A DNA stretch of 53,859 nucleotides from Nemertoderma westbladi (Eukaryota; Animalia; Xenacoelomorpha): positions 1 through 53,859 of the forward strand of contig JAUCBJ010008148.1 in NCBI GenBank assembly GCA_032718475.1, in the 5' to 3' direction. Shown here one piece after another: positions 10,982 to 19,918 of this stretch; within the stretch, counting starts at the first letter, position 1; the number at the start of each line of letters is the position of its first letter. A model generated the notes under the pieces. That model did not search any database and was not told the origin of the DNA. It saw only the letters and a list, made by a program, of their open reading frames with translations. The position numbers and the translations under genes are program-made.

Positions 10982-11864
10982 ATGGATTACTTACATTTAA
11001 CGTTGACTTCCAACGCCAGTCTAGATAAATATCCCGATAACACTCCCAGCGATTTCACGATTGAGTTGTCCAAACCTATCCCCGTCAGCACAGATTGGGT
11101 CGTGGGTCTAAAGGAAATACAGTATGTGTCGACCTATAGAAATATTGAACAAAGATCTGGAATTAGAATTGGCGAATATATGTATGATGAGGATTTGGAA
11201 TTTCATATAGCTCCATACAATCTTATAGAAATCGATTTCAATCTTGGGCTATATGCTTCTATTGAGTCAATTTTAAACCATATTAGTGTTTATTTGAAAA
11301 ATCCCTCAATATCCCACCACGGTTTCAAAGATGTTAAGTTTAACTACCAAAAACATACATCAAAAATTCGTCTACATTGTGAGAAAGGCCGCTATTTCCA
11401 ATTCTATGGAGATAATAAATATTTTCGGGTTATCGAGTTTAAAAAATAATTTAATGGGTCTTGGGGCGCTTTGGGCAATACACTATAACAAAGATGATGG
11501 TTTATTGAACTTAGGCTGTAAAGATACAAACAAATTGGATGGGGTTGAATTCCCTGAACCTTGTGATATAACGAGGGATAGACACACAATGTTTATATAT
11601 ACAGATATGATTGAATCTTCTCACGTAGGACATTCGATGGCGCCTCTTTTGCGGATAATCCCTTTGAAATGGGAACCATACTCATTCATCAACCTGGAAT
11701 TCAAAAACACACATTACAAACAATTAAGAAATAAAAAAGTGCTCGACACAATTAGTATAACGCTTCACGACCATAAAGGAAAGCATATAGTCTTTCATGG
11801 AGGTAAAACAATTTTAGTTCTAGAACTCAAAAAACAACAACGGCGACAAAAACTACAAGAATGA
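10982..11864 (+). pseudogene. Minor capsid protein (penton) 1, frameshifted near 11410-11440
   Basis: LTLTSNAS..YPDNTPSDF..L..WVVGLKEI in ORF 10982; MFIYTDMI..VG..APLLRII..ISITLHD..G..IVF in ORF 11331. Confidence 0.85.
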
Positions 11865-12664
11865 ACAGTTATTACGTTGTACTACCCTCAAACGCAAACC
11901 CCATAGAATTCCCGCGTAATAGCGCCAGCGATTTCCAAACAAATTTGCAAATTCCTTTACCTTTCGCTAAAGGGCAATGGTTAATAGGTTTAACCGGTAT
12001 AACGTACGTATCTAGTATCAGGTATGACAATAGCGACATTTATATAAAGGCCATAAAAAATAAAAAAATGTTTACAAGAGATGTTACTCTCCCCGAAGGA
12101 TCTTTCCTATCATTGGAAAGGATCATTGAGTACTTCAACAAAAGCCTTATTAAAGGCCAAATTAATATAATTGATAATACAGCACGCTCTGGTAATATAA
12201 CCATACATTTTAAAGGTAAACAGTTGTCGATATTTGTCAGTAAACGTTTGGGTGGTTACCTAGGATTAACAGAACACGAGGTTGATGGCAAAGGTTTTAT
12301 GTGTGTGCAAAATGCCGCGGGGGATTATCACTTGCTAAGGATTGATTCGCGGAATAATAAGTACGACTGCCATAAGCATCCTAATGCTGTCGAAATACTG
12401 GAACCCAACATAAATATACATATCAATTGCGTCGAACCTCAATTTGTAGACAATAGCGAATACCCCCTGTTGCATAGCATACCCATAGAAGGGGAATATG
12501 GGCAAATTATTAGTCGTGAAGTTGAGGAAGTCTACTATAAAAAAGTTAATTCAACATCTAATTTACGTTATATACGAGTTCGATTGATTGGAGATTCCGG
12601 AAATTTGTTGCGCTTTCATTATGGAAATTCAATATTGACACTTCATTTTATACGAATTGATTGA
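11861..12664 (+). CDS. Minor capsid protein (penton) 2
   Basis: YVVLPSNA..FPRNSASDF..L..W.IGL..I; C-terminal PLLHSI..YYKKV..IRVRL..G..LRF..LTLHF. Confidence 0.88.
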   Translation: MNSYYVVLPSNANPIEFPRNSASDFQTNLQIPLPFAKGQWLIGLTGITYVSSIRYDNSDIYIKAIKNKKMFTRDVTLPEGSFLSLERIIEYFNKSLIKGQINIIDNTARSGNITIHFKGKQLSIFVSKRLGGYLGLTEHEVDGKGFMCVQNAAGDYHLLRIDSRNNKYDCHKHPNAVEILEPNINIHINCVEPQFVDNSEYPLLHSIPIEGEYGQIISREVEEVYYKKVNSTSNLRYIRVRLIGDSGNLLRFHYGNSILTLHFIRID

Positions 12665-12738
12665 GATAGTCACAATTTAATCGATGTAAATTATTTATTA
12701 TTTATTATTATCTGATTATCTGAAGTTATAGCGACTAT

Positions 12739-13335
12739 ATGGATAAATTTCTAAGTCGCAGCCGTGGGCGTGATTATTACCCGACGCTGGAAAACCCGGG
12801 AATAATAGTAGATTTCCAATATTATACGCATCTTCCGCAGATCGACCAACACCCCGTTGCAACCATTTATTTTAAAGAGTTTGCGGCTTATAATACTACC
12901 ATCAAATCATTAGAAAACGTATGGTTTATTAATGGTCCACACGCAAAAATTTTAAGTTTAAGCGAATACGACCGTCTCACACAACTCGCCAATATTACGC
13001 ATCACATTAATTTTGACTACGGATTTATGGACCAAAGCGCATTTAAAATGTACATACAGGAATGGTTACAAGAAAAAAAACGGTTGGGGTTTCAAATATT
13101 AATACGCGGAATACCGAAATTATTTATTTTAAAAAATGAATTTAATGTGAATGGAACACTTCTAGAAACGTACGGCATAAACGAAAAATATGCCGATTAT
13201 GACACCAAATGTCTTTTTCACGATTATTCAGCAATAACAAATTGTGCCTACCATTCTGATAATAGTGATTCTTGTTTTAATTATTGTTCTGCGAAACTCG
13301 CGGTTGGTTATGGGAAATGGTTATCATCGAATTAA
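12739..13335 (+). CDS. Putative DEDD-fold (Maelstrom/DnaQ-like) protein with C-terminal Zn site
   Basis: IIVDFQ..FKEFA..HHINFDYG..ILIRGIPK..CAYH(x)nC resembles the VDxQ..KE..HG..W..G..KGxEK..CxxH..C pattern I recall from Polinton-associated ORFs. Confidence 0.45.
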   Translation: MDKFLSRSRGRDYYPTLENPGIIVDFQYYTHLPQIDQHPVATIYFKEFAAYNTTIKSLENVWFINGPHAKILSLSEYDRLTQLANITHHINFDYGFMDQSAFKMYIQEWLQEKKRLGFQILIRGIPKLFILKNEFNVNGTLLETYGINEKYADYDTKCLFHDYSAITNCAYHSDNSDSCFNYCSAKLAVGYGKWLSSN

Positions 13336-13446
13336 TGTATATATAATTAATTATTGTGTTATTATATGCTACTTATATTTGTTGATTACACATATACGTA
13401 AGTAGTAAAGAATTATTATATGTTATAATAAATACTCATAATAATA

Positions 13447-13973
13447 ATGTCAGATTCTGATTTGTTTAAATTATATAGCGCCCCACAAATCCAACTGGGA
13501 AGCGGGAATTATAGCGATATACCCGTTTTTAAGGGTGGAAGCATTCTCCTGGGTTTGGCCCATCTACCGGTATATGGAATAATAAGAATAATAAATTCGG
13601 CCGGCGATACACCCAAAATCGTCAGCGTGGGCGCGGAATATTAACAACTGGCCTAGGTATATTAGCGCGCAAGTTAGGGAGAAAGGTGCTAACTAAGGCA
13701 CTCCCCAAAGCAGCGAAAGTAGCACGGAAATACATAATACCAGAAGGAAAACGTATTTTACGCAGTAAAGCAGATGATTTGATAAATAAAGTGGCCGAGC
13801 GGTTAGAACCTCATCCAAAGACACGCCAAATCGCCCAACGGGTATACAATGAATTTACAAACCCGAAAAGTAAAAAAAAGAGGAGTGGGAAACGGCGACA
13901 CCCAAGTGTGGGTATGAACGTTGGGCGGAAACGTAAAAAGCGAAATAATAAATGTCGCGATATTTTTATGTAA
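13447..13973 (+). pseudogene. Polinton basic core-like protein with QxGxG motifs, frameshifted
   Basis: QLGSG..PVFKG in ORF 13447; the alternate frame reads RQRGRGILTTGLG directly into ORF 13686, which ends in a K/R-rich tail. Confidence 0.65.
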
Positions 13974-13982
13974 CTTAACAAA

Positions 13983-15233
13983 ATGAGTAAATTAGAATTA
14001 TCATTATTCTCGAGTAAAACAAATCAGCGAGAATATACATCTTCACATTTTTTGGATATCTACCCGATTTCTACTCTTGACGCGAATGCCAGGCAAATAG
14101 AGTTTTTTATACCCCAGTCAAATGTTCTATATACTGATTTAAAGAATTCGAAATTTCACATTAAATATAAAATTACATGGGATGGTAATAGGGCTAACGA
14201 CGATACAACCCTCCACCATCTTAATTACCCGGGTGGGTCACTATTTGAAAATTGTTCGTTATATTTAAATGAAAAGCTAGTTGAAACCTCGAATGGGTTC
14301 TACGCCTATAAGTCTACGTTTCAGACATTACTGTTGACAGATGCTAACGAAAAACGCAGTATTTTAAGAGCTGGTGGGTATGTAGATACTGATAATAATC
14401 TAGGTGGGGTACCTGTCGCTACTGAGAATGACGTTCGCGGGAATTATGTTAAATTCGTTGTGGCCCCAATTTTTTTAGACCTGGCAAGCCAGGACAAAAT
14501 TACTGCCACCGGGAATTAACATTCGACTTCGTATAGACCGAGTATCGAATAATTTTTTTTTGAAAGTTGAACCCCCCGCAGGATTGGTAAACCCAAGAGT
14601 TGAAATCATGAATATTAATTTAAAAATAAAACGCCACAAGATTGATGCCGAGGTTATGCGTGCGCATTTGTTGGGGTCACAAAAAATGACTTTATTTATA
14701 ACTTGTTAAAACAAGAAGTGAAAACCTTCACTATTGGTGGCGGGCAGTCCAGTTATACAGAATCGAACATAATCCAAGGAAAATTACCTAAGTATATTTT
14801 GGTTGGAATGCTTACCAACGCCAGCTTCAACGGGGAATTAAGCAGTAATCCGCTACATTTTAACCATTTCGGTTTAAATTATGCCGAACTAAACATCGAC
14901 TCCCGTATTATACACGGGTATCCATATCACCCTAACTTTCTGGAAAACAATTTTATGTTGGAATTCGAAAGTTTAATGAACGTGTTCAAGAGCTTGAGTG
15001 GCGTATTTTGCTCGCTAACACCAGAACGGTTTCGTACCCAATTTCCTTTGATCGTATTCGATCTTACTGCGGGAGGCGACCAAAGCCATGAGATTCAACC
15101 TAGTATTCATACAAGCGGGCATTTGATTCTGAAATTTAGTAATGCACTAGATAACACTATTAACGTTATATTAATGGCAAGCTATGACGCTCTTCTATCT
15201 ATTTCGGAAGCCAAGGAAATAATAACTGAATAA
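13983..15233 (+). pseudogene. Double jelly-roll major capsid protein (hexon-like), frameshifted around 14500-14700
   Basis: ELSLF..IEFFIP..YTDLKNS..SLF..YAYK..LL in the first ORF; LPKYILVGM..FNG..NPLHFNHF..FDLT..L.LKFS in the second. Confidence 0.9.
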
Positions 15234-15297
15234 ATAAAGATCTCGCATAGTACAAAGTAAGCGAAGCCGCGCCGCCTGCGGATACGTGCACGCTAAG

Positions 15298-15741
15298 ATG
15301 TTGGACTCTATACAATTAGCGAAATTCCTGGTGGGGCCCGAATACATTGGTGTTTACGCAATCGACCAATTACACCTAATACATGCAAAAAAAAAAAATA
15401 AGCATAAACAAAATTATTCATTTATTATTAATAATCAACGTATAGGCCTACCAGGGCAACACTGGTCTTGCGTACGCGTGGTTAAGAGAATTGCTTATTA
15501 TTTAGATTCGTTTGGTAAAGCTCCTCCGCCAAAAATATCATATTGGTTGCATAAATATACCCAAAGGCATACTTGGAATCGTAAAATATTTCAAGCGCCG
15601 CAATCGACTCAGTGTGGTCTATTTTGTCTGTATTATTTAACTGAGGTGCCGAAAAATCCTGGAGCAATGAATATATTCACCTCTAATTTGCGGTACAATG
15701 ATTTATTGTTATTACTGTGGACACTTTCATTAATAAAATAA
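15298..15741 (+). CDS. Adenain-like cysteine protease (virion maturation)
   Basis: GQHW (His), YYLDSFG (Asp), QAPQSTQCGLFC (Gln and Cys). Confidence 0.92.
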   Translation: MLDSIQLAKFLVGPEYIGVYAIDQLHLIHAKKKNKHKQNYSFIINNQRIGLPGQHWSCVRVVKRIAYYLDSFGKAPPPKISYWLHKYTQRHTWNRKIFQAPQSTQCGLFCLYYLTEVPKNPGAMNIFTSNLRYNDLLLLLWTLSLIK

Positions 15742-16296
15742 TTTATTTATTTCGGTTATGGGTATATTCAATTGTGGTGCGTGAACATATTATTAGCGCT
15801 AATATTAATTAATAATAAATATTTATTTCTTGGGTATATAGTAATAGCAATATTTTTAATAAATATATGGGACAGGACAAGTGAGGCGGGTTGGGGTCTT
15901 CACACCGTAATAATTGGTATAGAGCACATTGGGACCCAACTCTTTCCATTATATAACAAGCATCTGCCGCCCAACCTATGCAGTTAACACAAAGGCCAGA
16001 ATCTCAATCCACGCTACACACATTAGACAATAATTAAACGCTCTAACGACAATCAAAGGTCTGGGTTCAATTTACTCGCATATGTGACTGGTTTCACAAA
16101 AGAAATAAGCCATATATAGATACGAAGCTGAAGCGTAGATAATTAGCCAGTTCTGTTATAGTTTATTTACTATATTAACATCAGGAATAGCGATACCGAA
16201 TTCACTTTATTATTATTTACTTTATTAAATTATTAGTACAGGTTCAACAAGCTTAGGCTTTTTTCTTAATTTATTAATTATTAATTTTCAATTTCA

Positions 16297-16578
16297 ATGG
16301 CTGAAGGCGGTGAAAAACCGACGTTAGTTGTTAAACCCTTCAAGCATCATCCTCCAGCATTTAATTTAGAAAAATGGAACAGGATGAATCTCAGAAGAGT
16401 TATGTGGGAGCAAAGGGTGCGGTTGATGCACTCAATTGAGGTAAACTCCAGGTATAATGATGATTTGGTCCCGGTGCACCCGGCGATCGTCTTGCCGATC
16501 GCCGGGGGGCGATCGATGTGTGTGTGCCCGCCGCGGATGATCAATGAAACACATACGCCACCTCCAACCGAAAATTAA
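16297..16578 (+). CDS. Small Polinton accessory ORF, unknown function
   Basis: ATG in good context (CAATGG) after an AT-rich leader with CATATGTGAC and CATATATA motifs; no recognisable domain. Confidence 0.35.
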   Translation: MAEGGEKPTLVVKPFKHHPPAFNLEKWNRMNLRRVMWEQRVRLMHSIEVNSRYNDDLVPVHPAIVLPIAGGRSMCVCPPRMINETHTPPPTEN

Positions 16579-16829
16579 TGTAAGTAATAATTTCGGCAAT
16601 TAATATAATAACATTAATAAATAAATCAACAAATTCAACAATAGTACCTACACGCTAAAGGCTTTGCACACTCCGCGCCCGCGCGGGTACCCATATTGAA
16701 GGGATGTTGGGTGATGGTGGTAGTGGTAATGATGTTGAGGATGAGGAAGAAGATTGGGTAGATTATATACCACCACCACCTACCGAAAATTAATGTAAGT
16801 AATAATTTCGAAAATTATTATAATAACAA

Positions 16830-17638
16830 CAATCACTTCACGGCTCGCCCCACAACTAGTTGCTTAGCAATAACTATAGAATTGTAATATTGGCGGCTGT
16901 CGTTAGTTGAATACAATAACCTTACTTCGATGCTATCACTCACTTCATGGCTCGCCCCATAGGTAGAATAATCAAATTAAAATAATATTATTATAAATAC
17001 TATAACCTTATACTCACTTCGCGGCTCGCCCCACAACTTGTTGCGTAGTGATAAGTATAAATACAATAACCTTACTTCGATGCTATCACTCACTTCATGG
17101 CTCGCCCCATAGGTAGAATAATCAAATTCAAATAATATTATAAATACCTTATTCTCACTTCGCGGCTCGCCCCCCACAACTTATTGCTTGACAATATTGG
17201 TAGCCACAGTTAGTCTGTGTTTATTCACCTTTTTTAGTTGTTGCGTCTGTAATAGTCTATCATGTTAAAGACTTTTATAACAAACGTCTGCAACCCACTT
17301 ACTATATTGGGTTTTACCTATTGCGGTTCAAGGTCAAACGCCAACCAGTAGACACGAATTAATTAAATTACTTCCGTCTGCGAACTGGCCTTATACCGCA
17401 TATGTCACATATGCACAATGGTAACCATGGTAACCATAGTAAGTGGGTGGGGGGGGGGCAACAATGGTAATCATAGTAAGTAGGCGGGGCAAGAATGGTA
17501 ACCATGGTAACCATAGTAAGTGGGTGGGGCAACAATAGTAATTATAGTAAGTAGGCGGGGCAAGAGCCGTTCGGCAAATTCTTTAACATGGTAGACTATG
17601 GCAGACACTGTCTTAATCCCGGTGTTTAGCATACTACT
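16830..17638. repeat. Subterminal/TIR region of Polinton A with short tandem repeats
   Basis: Five CACTTC(A/G)(C/T)GGCTCGCCCC units (16836-17178), two ~77 bp units containing GTAACCATGGTAAC and GC boxes (17418-17565), terminal ACTACT. Confidence 0.75.
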
Positions 17639-18831
17639 CATACTGTATAAGAATTTATATTTAAGCAACAGATGTACCACTACCGGTTACCAATTCATAA
17701 TCTGATTCAGTGATTGATAATGGCTGCAATCTGCAGTTGAAATATATTTCTTTGCCTAGGCCCTACCGTACTGCCGTACCGATTCGAATTGTATATATAG
17801 TACCTAATATACTGCTTGACAATTATATTTTATACTCCGAATTAAACTTATTATTTTCTTACTTATTCTTACCCTTTCATCTGATTATAATTATTGATTA
17901 TTATTATTATGCACAACCCAATGATTCATATTCCTACACGTATTTCCTACCCACGCTACCAACCAACCATTCATCCACATTGCATCCCATCTCTTTTCTT
18001 ATTCGTCGTTGACTAGGCCACATATTCAGAAATTATATATATAACTGATTGTTTCTATTAAAATTCATCACTTGTAATCTTCATAGTAATAAATTGGCAC
18101 CATATCGAATTTTTTAGTTCTCACTCTGAAATTGCGATCTCTTGCTCATTGTATATTTGTTGGTGGAAGATCATATACCTGAAAATGATTACTAAATGAT
18201 GGAGATATTTAACGAACGGATGAAGTGGTAGGTATTCACCAGCGGCAGCATAGTGTAAAGATGATAGAAAAAATAAAGTATTGAGGGTCTCGGTGTATTT
18301 TCCCTATCACAATTACCATACGTTATACAGTACATACATACACGTTAACCTTTCTGGGATTCACCTATCAGGTATTCCCCTTTAAAACTTATATATATAT
18401 ATATAGACCCCCACCTTTTCCTGTTAGTTGCCAGTACATAGTCTGATGCAGACCGGTAGATCGAAAACGTTTACTATTGTATCTTTATTTAATATGTAGA
18501 TATTTACAAAGACGCATGATAATAATTTTATTTAATTTTTTGACTTTCTACATCATGAAGTATCATTTTTGTATAATCGTCCGACCACTTATATAATTGG
18601 ATAATATCATTATGTAGAGAGTCTAGAAACTCTTGAATACAATTATTATCATCTGTCTTTGTAAATTTTTACATCATTTAGTATCATTTTTTCTCTTGTG
18701 TGATCTTCCAACTATCTAATATACGACGAGTAAGATATATCACAATTTTAGAGTGAGAACTATGGTGGTAATTGATTACAGCAATACAGTTTAAAAATTT
18801 ATCACTTGTAATATTTTTCGCATTTAATATT

Positions 18832-19751
18832 ATGGCCTTAATGCAAAAAACTGGAGCAACAAATAGCTGGAAATTTACTTTCAATCAATATACTTGTACT
18901 GTCGTTCACAGCAAGTATTTTATTGTGAATTCTCTGGATGACAACGAATCAATTTGTTTTTCCCATCATGATACCCGCTATTTGCTGGACATTCTAGAAA
19001 CAACCAACAATCAACATCAATCCAGACCACCAATTATACCAGGTAGGATATATCCCGCTCTTTGTTTTGCTCGAGGAAATTTGAATATTTCTATCAACCC
19101 TGCATCGGGTGATGTTTACATTCAGAAACAAGGCAAATGTAAAGTTCTCAACAAAGCTTTTACTGAAGTTCTAATCCAATACAGAGGGAAATTTTTGCAA
19201 TTTATCTCTCCACCGCTAGAGATTATTAGCGATCAATTCTACATTGAATTATCAAATCCAGAGTTTATTGGATTTGTAACAGCTTTTAAAGGAACCAACT
19301 ATGTTGGCTAATGGAAAATCAGCCTCAGATACGTTGATAGTGTTGGTTTTAGCTATTATACGGGTTTCAATTTGTCACCTGCATCACCAAGGTTCCACCT
19401 TGGTGTAATGGTTGCATTGAATTCACATCTCCCATAGGTCGTGGGTTTGATCCTCACATGGGCCAGGGCAGATTTCGTTTCGGCACGAATGCTTTAAAGG
19501 GACCAGCCAGGGCGCATCTCGGCCTTGCATCCTTAAGTGGTAGCTAAATGAGTACTGGAGTTTCCTCTGGGGAGTAAAGTTCTGGGGGAACCACACTGGA
19601 AATAAGTCATCAGACTTTGTGCGTAATCCCTGGCCTAGCGGCCCAAGAAAATTTACTTTTTTACTTTTACTTTTTACCTGCAAAGAAACAGAAAGTTGCT
19701 GTTACCTCATTTCCGGTAGATGAGGCTAATAATTTTACTTCAAAAGCATAG
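18832..19751 (+). pseudogene. Polinton accessory ORF with possible PC4-like ssDNA-binding C-terminus; in-frame stop and SINE insertion
   Basis: Reading through TAA at 19309-19311 and removing the SINE gives FVTAFKGTNYVG*WKISLRYVDSVGFSYYTGFNLSPAKKQKV. It lies directly upstream of the second PolB. Confidence 0.4.
19384..19675 (+). mobile_element. tRNA-derived SINE with Deu/Nin-like central domain
   Basis: A box TGGTGTAATGG, B box GGTTTGATCC, central CTCGGCCTTGCATCCTT..TAAATGAGTAC..CTGGGG, (TTTAC)n tail, flanking ACCTGCA direct repeat (19377-19383 and 19676-19682). Confidence 0.8.
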
Positions 19752-19918
19752 TTCATGCCAGGAAACCCTTATTGGTGATTGGTGATCGTTTTAAAATTAT
19801 TTTGCTCAGTAGCATATAAATGTTTAGATATAGTCAATAACATTTCATTTCATATTAATCTTTGGTGATGTTTTATTATTATTATTATTATTATTATATA
19901 ATCTAAACAAACTTCAAC

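Larger units (their letters stand above)
1..17638 (+). mobile_element. Polinton/Maverick element A (endogenous adintovirus-like dsDNA virus), left end outside the window
   Basis: Co-oriented pPolB, packaging ATPase, rve integrase, two pentons, major capsid and adenain protease. The repeat-rich right end finishes in ACTACT (17633-17638), the complement of the AGTAGT start typical of Polinton TIRs. Confidence 0.95.

Noticed and set aside
15772-15987. Small membrane protein gene
   Set aside because: TTG start and AT-rich sequence explain the hydrophobic translation; no supporting homolog in the window.
16836-17180. CRISPR-like spaced repeats
   Set aside because: The spacers are themselves duplicated and uneven in length; the position fits Polinton subterminal repeats.
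17700-18330. ORF 17710-18012 and a possible minus-strand LINE 3' remnant
   Set aside because: Low-complexity and too degraded to support a call by eye.
19390-19470. tRNA gene
   Set aside because: A and B boxes are present but no good cloverleaf; it continues into a SINE body, tail and TSD.
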